Shown in pieces: positions 1 to 7,797 of a DNA stretch of 64,000 bases. The translations under genes and the position numbers were made by a program. Positions within the stretch are counted from its first letter, which is position 1. Each line of letters starts with the position of its first letter. Below the pieces are notes generated by a model that saw nothing but the letters and a program-made list of their open reading frames with translations, was not told the DNA's origin and ran no database searches. The DNA comes from Burkholderiaceae bacterium (GTDB lineage Bacteria; Pseudomonadota; Gammaproteobacteria; Burkholderiales; WYBJ01), in contig WYBJ01000316.1 in NCBI GenBank assembly GCA_011525945.1, positions 2,563-66,562 on the forward strand. The letters are read 5' to 3'.

Positions 1-1
1 A

Positions 2-367
2 AGACTCGATGTGTTCGTGAGCGAACAGGGCGTGCCTGAGGCGCTGGAGTGGGACTGCCTTGATCCGACCTGCCGCCACGTCGTGGCCGAATCCGCCACC
101 GGTGAAGCAATCGGTACGGGGCGACTCCTTGGCGACGGCCGCATCGGCCGCATGGCGGTCGTCCGATCGTGGCGGCGTACCGGAGTGGGCAGCGCGCTGC
201 TCGCACAATTGATCGCGATGGCGCGTGAACGCGGCGATCGGCTCATCGCGCTGCACGCGCAATCGTACGTGGTCGATTTCTATCGCAGGGCCGGATTCGA
301 GGCGATCGGCCCGCAGTTCATGGAAGCTGGAATTGCGCACGTTGAAATGCGCATGCCGGCGAACTGA
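2..367 (+). CDS. GNAT family N-acetyltransferase (5' end outside window)
   Basis: The frame is open to the window edge (codons from nt 2: RLDVFVSEQGVP...). IGRMAVVRSWRRTGVGSALL...FYRRAGFE is the GNAT acetyl-CoA-binding core. Track ORF 11..367 starts at an internal GTG. Confidence 0.8.
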   Translation, partial: RLDVFVSEQGVPEALEWDCLDPTCRHVVAESATGEAIGTGRLLGDGRIGRMAVVRSWRRTGVGSALLAQLIAMARERGDRLIALHAQSYVVDFYRRAGFEAIGPQFMEAGIAHVEMRMPAN

Positions 368-389
368 CGCGGGCCGGGCCGCGCCCGCG
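368..389. terminator. GC hairpin between convergent GNAT and NRDE genes (weak terminator candidate)
   Basis: 7-bp stem c368-g389 ... c374-g383 with an 8-nt loop, starting 1 nt after the GNAT stop. It is followed by aaagtcttt, so there is only a weak T tract. Confidence 0.3.
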
Positions 390-448
390 AAAGTCTTTGT
401 GGTCGCGGGCCGATGACTTGCGAGCGCGGATCTGCGAGTGCGTTCGGC

Positions 449-1258
449 TCAGGGCGGATGCTGCAGTTCGGAGGATGCGGGCAGGTGGCCGCGCGCGAGC
501 TCGAAATGGAGCGTGCCCTCTCCGAGTGGCTTAGCGAAGGGACCGAAGCGGCGCTCTTGAATTGACACTTCGCCTTGCTCAGTCACGACGATCACGGTAG
601 AGGCGCGCGTCCCATAGTGATCGGCTGCGATGAACGGCGGCGACAGCGCGCGGTTGCGGTCGGGCCCGATATCGGCGTCGGGCAACTCGGCATCCGCAGG
701 TCGTGTCGCATCGCGTAACCGCTCGAGGAGCGACGCGATGATCGAACCCGGCGAATTGGTCGGCAGGCGCTCCAGGTACTTCCGTCCGAGCGAAACCTTC
801 GGCCACGGCGTATTGAGCAGGTGGTTCGACACTCCATGCACACCAGGATCGATGGCGCGCGCGCCGCCGTCACGATTCGACAGGTAATGGACCGCGTCGA
901 GATCTCCCACCAACAGGTTGAAGCCGTTGTAGTCGTGCGCCCCCGGTTCGATGCTGGCCAGATACTGCTCCGGTGTCATCGCACCCACGAGGTAGTCGGA
1001 CACCAGTCGGCCGCGCGAACGCGCGTCGGTGCGATAACTGCCCGGTTGACGGTAGTTCGTCAATGCAGCCCATCGACCTTCCCTCGTGATGCCAAGCCAT
1101 GTGCCGCCGGCTTCCAGATCGCGTCCACCGGCCACCTGCGGTGCGTCGGGCCAGAAGCCCAGTGCCGCGCTGCGGCGCTCATAACGTTCGTCGCGATTGG
1201 CGGCGATGATGAGCGGAAACCCGCGATGGTGGTGAAGCGAAAAAAGGATCAAGCACAT
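449..1258 (-). CDS. NRDE family protein (TANGO2-like, DUF833)
   Basis: 269-aa track ORF. The N-terminus MCLILFSL...PLIIAANRDE carries the family-defining NRDE motif, followed by GGTWLG. Confidence 0.8.
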   Translation of the reverse strand: MCLILFSLHHHRGFPLIIAANRDERYERRSAALGFWPDAPQVAGGRDLEAGGTWLGITREGRWAALTNYRQPGSYRTDARSRGRLVSDYLVGAMTPEQYLASIEPGAHDYNGFNLLVGDLDAVHYLSNRDGGARAIDPGVHGVSNHLLNTPWPKVSLGRKYLERLPTNSPGSIIASLLERLRDATRPADAELPDADIGPDRNRALSPPFIAADHYGTRASTVIVVTEQGEVSIQERRFGPFAKPLGEGTLHFELARGHLPASSELQHPP

Positions 1259-1261
1259 GGC

Positions 1262-2386
1262 TCAGTGTGCACCCGGAAGCACATAGGGCAGATCCAGGCG
1301 CTGCAGGCTAGGACCGTCGATCTCGCCGAGCCGCAGTTCGGCTTGCTCGGCCAGATCGAGGTGAATACAGGCCAGAACGTCGAAACCGCCACCCGGGGTC
1401 GTGGCTGCGGCGAGCACGGTGCCGATCGGCTGATCGGGCGAGCGCGTCGCAAAGATCGACTGTGCCGCTGCGGGCATCTCCTGCGTTTGTCCATGCAGCA
1501 AGAGTGTGCGTCGCTTGATTTCGCCACGGTACTGCGTACGCGCGACGATCTCCTGCCCGGGATAGCAGCCCTTGGTGAAGCTGACGCCGCCAAGGAGATC
1601 GTAGTTCAGCATCTGCGGTACGAACTGGTCCCGAGTCTGCTCCACGATCTCGGCGATGCCGCTGCGAATCGAAGCCCATCGCCATGCCGCGCCGTTGCCG
1701 GCCTTGGCGCCGGCCGTGCACAGGCGCTGCCAGCACGAAACGGCGTGATCGGCCGCAGTAAACAGCAATTGAAAACGCGCCCCCGGCAACCGCAACGTCG
1801 CGTCGGGGGCGTGCGGAACATTCGCCGCGGCACGAGCAACACCGAAATCGGAATCCGGCAAGGCGATTCCCGCGGCCTGCAAGGTCTCGGCCGCGCCCGC
1901 GCCCGTTACGCCGATGCAGATGAAGCGTTCGCTCACCGTGCAACGCACTTTCGAGCGCAGCACGAACACCGCCAGTCGCTTGGCGATGCTCGCGTGTGCC
2001 GACGCGGGCAGCTGCAGCACGAATCCCTCCGGCGTGCGCCACAACAGCAATGTGGCCAGCACGCGGCCCTTGGGACTGCTGAAAGTCGATAGCTGTGCGC
2101 GATCGCTGCCGAGAGCGCGTACGTCACTGCTCAGCTGGCCGTGCAGGAAGATTTCGGCGTCGGGGCCGGTCACTTCGATCACGCCGCGGTCCGCCGTAAG
2201 GTCACATACGAGGCAACCGTCGCGTATGAATTCAAGCTCGGATGCGGTTGCTCCGGGACACGAGGTCGCGGCCGAGGGCTGAGACACCAGGAACCGGGAC
2301 CAGTCCGATTCGATCGCCTGCGACGCGTGTGTCGGATCAGAGGGTGTCGCTGTTGCGCTGCACATGTCGCCGATTATACGCCGCAA
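1262..2386 (-). CDS. ygfZ: Folate-binding tRNA-modification/Fe-S cluster repair protein YgfZ (CAF17 family)
   Basis: C-terminal FTKGCYPGQEIVARTQYRGEIKRR signature of YgfZ and a GcvT-like fold pattern. The start is uncertain (alternative ATG at 2365). Confidence 0.8.
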   Translation of the reverse strand: MRRIIGDMCSATATPSDPTHASQAIESDWSRFLVSQPSAATSCPGATASELEFIRDGCLVCDLTADRGVIEVTGPDAEIFLHGQLSSDVRALGSDRAQLSTFSSPKGRVLATLLLWRTPEGFVLQLPASAHASIAKRLAVFVLRSKVRCTVSERFICIGVTGAGAAETLQAAGIALPDSDFGVARAAANVPHAPDATLRLPGARFQLLFTAADHAVSCWQRLCTAGAKAGNGAAWRWASIRSGIAEIVEQTRDQFVPQMLNYDLLGGVSFTKGCYPGQEIVARTQYRGEIKRRTLLLHGQTQEMPAAAQSIFATRSPDQPIGTVLAAATTPGGGFDVLACIHLDLAEQAELRLGEIDGPSLQRLDLPYVLPGAH

Positions 2387-2502
2387 GCGCTAGCCCATCG
2401 GTCCGATGGCGGGACACTGTTCTGCCGGCGAACGAGCGGATATGCTAGAGCCATATCGCCCGGTTTGGGGAGTACCGGACCATCCAACGGCTGCGCACGA
2501 AG

Positions 2503-4638
2503 ATGACGCCATCGTCGAATCTGGCCATCGCGCCCGAGTCTTTCTTCTGGTCGCTGGAGACGATCAGCAGGGAATTGCGTGTGCCGTTTTCCCGCGCGCT
2601 GCTGTTGCAGCGCTTTCCGCCACCCTACGACATTGCCGCGATCCAGACCGCGGCGCGTGCGATCGGCGCTCGGGCGGAGCTCGATAAGGTAAGCGTGGGC
2701 GAGATGAGCACGCACGAGTCCGCCTGCTTCGCACTCGTGCGTGCTCCATGGCGGCGCTCCGACGTGCCGACACCGGCAGTTACCGTCGCCGGACCAGATG
2801 CCGAGCTGCTGCGCCTGATGCGCGTGGAACGCGTCGAGAACGACAACGTCGTGGTGCGAGAATGCGACTCGGAGCCGGTCAATCTGACGCTGCAGGGCTT
2901 CAGTGCGGTTTATACCGGGTATGCGCTCAGGACCGAAACCGGCGCCCCGCATGCGCAAGTGGCGTTTGACATGGAGACGCCACCTCGGCCATTCGGACTG
3001 CATTGGTTCGCACGCGAATTGCTGCGCTATCCGGGCGTGTGGCGCGATGCGCTGCTCGCCGCGCTATTCATCCAGTTGATCGCCTTGCTCGTGCCGCTGC
3101 TCACGCAGGTCGTCATCGACAAGGTCATCACGCATCACACGCTGAATACGCTGCTGGTTATCGTCGTGGCACTGGCAGTCGCGACGGCGTTCTCGGCTGC
3201 GCTTTCCTGGATTCGTCAGCATCTCGTCCTGTACACGGGGACGCGCATCGACTCGGTCCTGGGCGCGCAGGTGTTTTCGCATCTGTTGCGATTGCCCGCG
3301 CGCTACTTCGAGCATCGCAGCACTGGCGTGCTGGTCGCGCGCCTGCACGGCGTGGAGACAATACGTGAGTTCCTGGCCGGCGCGGCGCTCACCCTTGTGA
3401 TCGACCTGCCGTTCATGTTCGTATTTGCCGCGATCATGTACTACTACAGTCCGACGCTGACCGCGATCGCACTCGGAGTCCTGGCACTGCTGCTTGCGTT
3501 GAGCCTTGGGGTGACACCCGTTTTGCGCCGCCGCATCGATCGCCAGTTTCTCAAGGGCGCGCGGCATCAGGCGTTCATCACCGAATACCTGGCCGGCATC
3601 GAAACGGTCAAGTCGCTGCAGCTCGAGGGTCGTCTGGAGCGGCGCTTCGGGCGCCTGTTCGCCGACTACCTCGCCGCCGGACTGGCTGCGCGTCAGCTTG
3701 GCAACACGGTGCAGACGCTCGCCCATGCGCTGGAACAACTGTTGTCGGCTGCGATCCTGTGCGTCGGGGCGTGGCTGGTGATTGCGGGCACGGACCTGAC
3801 CATCGGCGGCCTGGTTGCAATGCAGATGTTTGCCGGCCGGCTGACCGGTCCGATGCTGCGCGTGGTGTCGCTGTGGCAGGAATTCCAGCAAGTGCACGTG
3901 TGCGTGCGGCGGCTCGGCGACATCATGGACGTGCCGGCCGAGCCGGTCGCGGCGGCGCCGGCGCGTGCAGCCAATGGCTCCGGCCGGCTCGAGCTGCACG
4001 AGCTCGGTTTTCGCTACGGCGGCCGGCCGTGGCTCATACGCGATCTGTCGTGTGTCATCGATCCCGGACAGTGCGTCGCATTGGTCGGCGCCTCGGGTAC
4101 GGGCAAGAGCACGCTCGCGCGGCTGTTGCAGGGTTTCTACCTGCCCACGGAGGGATACATCGCCATCGACGGCGTCGACATCACACACATGGCGGTGAAT
4201 GAGTTGCGCGGCTACTTCGGCATGGTGCCACAGGAGAGCCGGTTGTTTTCAGGCACGGTATTGCAGAATCTGCTCGATGCCAATCCGGGCGCCTCGTTTG
4301 GTGATGCGGTGGCGGCGTGCGAGGCGGCGCAGATTCATGCGATGATCGAGGCTATGCCACAAGGATATCTGAGCGTGCTCGGCGAGGCGGGAACGGGGCT
4401 CTCCGGCGGGCAGAAACAACGCCTGGCGATCGCCCGGGCGTTGCTCAAACGCCCACGCATCCTGATCTTCGACGAAGCTGCATCGAGCCTCGATGCCGAT
4501 CTCGCCGCAATGCTCATCGAGACCATCAACGGCCTGCGCGGTGCGGTGTCGATTTTGTTCATCGCGCACGAGTGCCCGCATGCCTTGCGGTGCGACCGGG
4601 TGGTGCAGTTGCCTGTCGGCCAGCACGCTCGTGTCTAA
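2503..4638 (+). CDS. Type I secretion system permease/ATPase, HlyB family, with N-terminal C39-like (non-catalytic) domain
   Basis: 711 aa. It has a HlyB-like TMD (WFARELLRYPGVW...QVVIDKVITHHTLNTL...RLPARYFEHRSTG), Walker A GASGTGKST, signature LSGGQKQR and Walker B ILIFDEA. No Cys occurs in the first 74 residues, so the N-terminal domain is C39-like rather than an active peptidase. Confidence 0.9.
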   Translation: MTPSSNLAIAPESFFWSLETISRELRVPFSRALLLQRFPPPYDIAAIQTAARAIGARAELDKVSVGEMSTHESACFALVRAPWRRSDVPTPAVTVAGPDAELLRLMRVERVENDNVVVRECDSEPVNLTLQGFSAVYTGYALRTETGAPHAQVAFDMETPPRPFGLHWFARELLRYPGVWRDALLAALFIQLIALLVPLLTQVVIDKVITHHTLNTLLVIVVALAVATAFSAALSWIRQHLVLYTGTRIDSVLGAQVFSHLLRLPARYFEHRSTGVLVARLHGVETIREFLAGAALTLVIDLPFMFVFAAIMYYYSPTLTAIALGVLALLLALSLGVTPVLRRRIDRQFLKGARHQAFITEYLAGIETVKSLQLEGRLERRFGRLFADYLAAGLAARQLGNTVQTLAHALEQLLSAAILCVGAWLVIAGTDLTIGGLVAMQMFAGRLTGPMLRVVSLWQEFQQVHVCVRRLGDIMDVPAEPVAAAPARAANGSGRLELHELGFRYGGRPWLIRDLSCVIDPGQCVALVGASGTGKSTLARLLQGFYLPTEGYIAIDGVDITHMAVNELRGYFGMVPQESRLFSGTVLQNLLDANPGASFGDAVAACEAAQIHAMIEAMPQGYLSVLGEAGTGLSGGQKQRLAIARALLKRPRILIFDEAASSLDADLAAMLIETINGLRGAVSILFIAHECPHALRCDRVVQLPVGQHARV

Positions 4639-6010
4639 CCCGGGAATCGAGCGCGAGCCGACCGCCCCGCGTTCGCGCGCGCGGGGGGCGGGTTACGATT
4701 ACGAGGCATTCACACCCGACTACCTTATCGCGCTGGCGCGGCCGCCATCGCCGCTGCCACGAGTCACGCTGTACCTAATCGCCGCCATTCTTACGGCCGC
4801 TGCCGCCGCCGTTGTCTACGGCGAGATCGATGTCGTCGCGGTTGCACCCGGCAAGCTCGTACCGCAATCGCTGCTGCGCATCGTGCAGCCCTCCGACGCG
4901 GGTGTGGTGCGCGAGATCCTGGTGCGGGAAGGTGAGGCTGTGGTCGAAGGACAGGTGCTGTTCCGGATGGACACCGAGTTGTCCGAGGCCGATGCTCGCA
5001 TCCTGGAGACCGAGATCGCGTTACGCCGTCTGCAGATCCGGCGGATCGATGCAGAAGCCGCCGGGGGCGCGTTCGATCGCATGGCCGATGATCGAGACGA
5101 TCTCTACGTTCAGGTTCAGGCTCAATTCAACGCCCGGCGCCGAGCGTTCGAGGATTCGCTCGCCGCCGAGCGCTCCGTTCTGGCGAAGGCGCACGAGGAT
5201 CTGCGTACGGCGCAGGAGATCGAAGCCAAACTCAAGCGCACCGCTCCGATTTACGTCGAGCAGGAAAAAGCATGGGAGAAGCTCGCGCGCGAGGGTTTCG
5301 CCGGCAAGCTGCTCGCATTGGAGCGACGCCGCAGCCGAATCGAGAACGAGCAGGACTTGCAGGCCCAACGCGCTGCTGTCATGAGCTCCCGTGCCGCCAT
5401 TGCGCTTTCGGAGCGACGCATAGCGCAGCTCGCCTCCAATCACCGCCGCGAGCTGAGCAACGAGCGTCTTGAGGCACAGGCGCAGCTCGAGCGGTTGCTG
5501 CAGGATATGGCAAAGCAGACGCATCGCAGCGACCGGCTCGAACTGCGCGCCCCGACCGCCGGTGTGGTCAAGGATCTCGCGACCCATAGCACGGGTACGG
5601 TAGTGGCGCCTGCGACCATCCTTGCCACTATCGTGCCGCGCGGCGAGCCGCTGGAGGCCGAAGTGTGGGTGACTAACCTTGACGCCGGGCAGGTGGCGCC
5701 TGGGGCGTCGGTACGACTGAAGCTCGCCGCCTTCCCTTATCAGCGTTACGGTATGCTCGAGGGCATCGTGCGCCACGTGAGTGCGGACGCGACGGAGCGC
5801 CCGGACGCCGCGAACCCGGGCGCCACGGCGCTTTACTACCGTGCCCTGGTCAGTATCGATGCAGCGTCGGCGCGGGTCGGCCTTGAACCGCAGCGACTGG
5901 TCTCGGGCATGCAGCTCGCCGCCGAGATTCACCTTGGCACGCGCACCTTGCTTGAGTATCTGCTCTCGCCGCTGCGGCGCACTCTGAACGAAGCGGGACG
6001 CGAGTCGTGA
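4631..6010 (+). CDS. HlyD family type I secretion periplasmic adaptor (membrane fusion protein)
   Basis: One N-terminal TM segment (VTLYLIAAILTAAAAAVVY), then GKLVPQS...VQPSDAGVVREILVREGEAVVEGQVLFRMD, a long coiled-coil and a C-terminal beta-barrel ending LLEYLLSPL. The track ORF starts at 4493 inside the ABC gene. GTG 4631 (8-nt overlap with the ABC stop) is the likely start, but this is uncertain. Confidence 0.85.
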   Translation: MSNPGIEREPTAPRSRARGAGYDYEAFTPDYLIALARPPSPLPRVTLYLIAAILTAAAAAVVYGEIDVVAVAPGKLVPQSLLRIVQPSDAGVVREILVREGEAVVEGQVLFRMDTELSEADARILETEIALRRLQIRRIDAEAAGGAFDRMADDRDDLYVQVQAQFNARRRAFEDSLAAERSVLAKAHEDLRTAQEIEAKLKRTAPIYVEQEKAWEKLAREGFAGKLLALERRRSRIENEQDLQAQRAAVMSSRAAIALSERRIAQLASNHRRELSNERLEAQAQLERLLQDMAKQTHRSDRLELRAPTAGVVKDLATHSTGTVVAPATILATIVPRGEPLEAEVWVTNLDAGQVAPGASVRLKLAAFPYQRYGMLEGIVRHVSADATERPDAANPGATALYYRALVSIDAASARVGLEPQRLVSGMQLAAEIHLGTRTLLEYLLSPLRRTLNEAGRES

Positions 6011-6492
6011 TGCTGCGCGGGGCGCGCGAGATCCCATCTTTGCGTCTGGAGTTGCACGCATCGCGCGCGCTCGGGTGTGCGCTTATGCTGGCGCATACGG
6101 CCGCAGCTGGCGCAGACATTTTCGCTGTGCCGGGAGGATTGCTGTGCGCACTGGCGAGTGCAGCGCTCGCCGCAAGCCTCTGGCGCACACTCAGACGCCA
6201 CGCGCTGTTGATTGATCCCGCAGCGGTCGTCGAGCTCGACTTTCGGGGCGAGTGCGAATGCTCGATTACGCGCCTTGATGGCAGCCAGATCGTGTGCCAG
6301 GTGCAAGGCTCAACCTATGCGACGTGCTGGCTTGTCGTGCTGCACCTGCAATCGCCGGATCGCCGCCTGCCGCATCAAGTCGTGCTCGCCCCCGATAGCG
6401 TTGCGTCCGATCGGTTCCGGCGCCTGCTGGTGCGACTTCGTTGGGCGAGCCCGTACGATGCGCGGGTGAGGTCACGGGATGCTCCGCTATAA
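6007..6492 (+). CDS. Small two-TM membrane protein, YgfX/CptA-like (DUF1434-like)
   Basis: 161 aa. The ATG overlaps the HlyD stop (ATGA). The pattern resembles E. coli YgfX: SLRLELHASR, two hydrophobic segments, then a soluble part ending WLVVLHL...RRLPHQVVLAPDSVASDRFRRLLVRLRW (compare the YgfX ...LWLAADSM...WRDLRRIL tail). The assignment is from remembered family features only. Confidence 0.5.
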   Translation: MMLRGAREIPSLRLELHASRALGCALMLAHTAAAGADIFAVPGGLLCALASAALAASLWRTLRRHALLIDPAAVVELDFRGECECSITRLDGSQIVCQVQGSTYATCWLVVLHLQSPDRRLPHQVVLAPDSVASDRFRRLLVRLRWASPYDARVRSRDAPL

Positions 6493-6501
6493 TCGCCGCC
6501 C

Positions 6502-7260
6502 ATGCTGGGGATAATCGGTGGCAGTGGAGCGGGGAGGTTGGCGGCGCTGGAGGGCGAGCGCCTGCAGGCGATCCGCACGCCGTTCGGCGAGCCGTCCGCG
6601 GCGCTCACGTTCGGACGGCTGCAAGGCCGCGACGTCGTCTTTCTTGCGCGTCACGGTGATGGCCACACGATTCCACCGCACGCGATCAACTATCGTGCCA
6701 ACATCTGGGCACTGGCGCACGTTGGGGTGGGTGCAATCGTCGCCATCGCGGCGGTCGGCGGCATACGCCGCGATCTGGCCCCGGGTACGATCGCCGTTCC
6801 GTCTCAGATCATCGATTACACCTACGATCGGCAAGCCACGTTCTTCGACGGCCGCGCGGGCGAAGTCAGGCACATCGATTTCACCGAACCGTACACGGGC
6901 TGGCTGCGCGCAGCACTGCTGCGGGCCGGGCGCGATGCCGCAGAATCGATCATCGACGGCGGCGTCTATGCCGCCATGCAGGGTCCGCGACTCGAAACTG
7001 CGGCCGAAATTGATCGCCTGGAGCGCGATGGAGCCGACATGGTTGGCATGACGGGCATGCCGGAAGCGGCGCTTGCACGCGAAGCGGCGCTGTCGTACGC
7101 GACACTGGCGGTGGTGGCGAACTGGGCGGCTGGTCGCGCCCCGGGGCGCTGCGAAATCACGCCCGCCGATATCGACACAGTGCTCGAGGGTGCGATGGCG
7201 CGCGTGGCGAGGGTTGTGCTGCGTGTCGAGGTGCACGGTGGCAATCAGAGCCGTACTTAG
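6502..7260 (+). CDS. MTAP-family purine nucleoside phosphorylase (S-methyl-5'-thioadenosine/thioinosine phosphorylase)
   Basis: MLGIIGGSG...FGEPS...[22 protein letters not shown]...MTGMPEA motifs of the MTAP/PNP family. The gene starts 9 nt after the preceding stop. Confidence 0.85.
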   Translation: MLGIIGGSGAGRLAALEGERLQAIRTPFGEPSAALTFGRLQGRDVVFLARHGDGHTIPPHAINYRANIWALAHVGVGAIVAIAAVGGIRRDLAPGTIAVPSQIIDYTYDRQATFFDGRAGEVRHIDFTEPYTGWLRAALLRAGRDAAESIIDGGVYAAMQGPRLETAAEIDRLERDGADMVGMTGMPEAALAREAALSYATLAVVANWAAGRAPGRCEITPADIDTVLEGAMARVARVVLRVEVHGGNQSRT

Positions 7261-7771
7261 GATGGGCGACCCGCTCCTACTGGAGCGATCGCGCGAGGTC
7301 ACCCGGTTCGGCACGGCCGAGCTCGATGCGCTTCTCACCGACATGCTCGATACGATGGAAGCGCTGAACGGTGCCGGGTTGGCGGCCCCGCAGATCGGAG
7401 TGCTGCTGCGGGTTGTCATCTTCGGCGTGAAGCGAAATCCGCGCTACCCCGATGCCGAGGAGGTGCCGTACACGGTACTCATTAATCCCGAGCTACGGCC
7501 CCTGGGCGAGGACATGGAAGAAGGCTGGGAGGGGTGCTTGAGCGTTCCCGGCATGCGCGGGCTGGTGCCGCGCTACCGGCGCGTCTCTTACAGGGGCTCG
7601 GATCAGTACGGCAGCCCGATCGAGCGCGACGTCACACGGTTCCATGCGCGCGTGGTGCAGCACGAATGCGACCACCTCGATGGCATCCTCTATCCGATGC
7701 GCATGCCGGATTTGCGTAACTTCGGCTTCACCGAAGTGTTGTTCCCGGGCGAAGCGCCAATCGAGGAGTGA
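7238..7771 (+). CDS. def: Peptide deformylase
   Basis: Motifs [16 protein letters not shown] and QHECDHLDG. The track ORF (7073) is an out-of-context extension. GTG 7238 gives the typical N-terminus (M)[14 protein letters not shown] and overlaps the upstream gene by 23 nt. ATG 7262 is an alternative start. Confidence 0.9.
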   Translation: MAIRAVLRMGDPLLLERSREVTRFGTAELDALLTDMLDTMEALNGAGLAAPQIGVLLRVVIFGVKRNPRYPDAEEVPYTVLINPELRPLGEDMEEGWEGCLSVPGMRGLVPRYRRVSYRGSDQYGSPIERDVTRFHARVVQHECDHLDGILYPMRMPDLRNFGFTEVLFPGEAPIEE

Positions 7772-7797
7772 CGCACCTGGCGTTATGTGCCTTGCCG

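Noticed and set aside
821-2092. 423-aa plus-strand ORF overlapping the NRDE and ygfZ genes. It is one of a class of long antisense or out-of-frame ORFs in the track:
- 3064..4188 (-)
- 5021..6061 (-)
- 6487..7419 (-)
- 19665..21092 (-)
- 30730..32010 (-)
- 32962..34452 (-)
- 41090..42571 (-)
- 54641..55759 (-)
- 58814..59824 (-)
   Set aside because: Each lies opposite or out of frame to a gene with unmistakable conserved motifs. Their translations are Arg/Ala/Gly/Pro-rich and low in complexity, with no recognisable domains. Such stop-free shadow frames are expected in GC-rich DNA.
2387-2950. Bacteriocin-type exporter (active C39 peptidase with a double-glycine leader peptide gene upstream).
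   Set aside because: The N-terminal domain lacks the catalytic Cys (the first Cys is residue 75). The 116-bp upstream gap contains no small ORF with a GG-type leader.
6007-6492. Whether the small gene after HlyD is an RTX toxin-activating acyltransferase (HlyC/CyaC-like, similar size) or a T1SS substrate.
   Set aside because: It has no resemblance to the HlyC-family sequence as I remember it. The protein has two N-terminal hydrophobic helices and no Gly-rich repeats or acidic C-terminal secretion signal. The YgfX-like pattern fits better.
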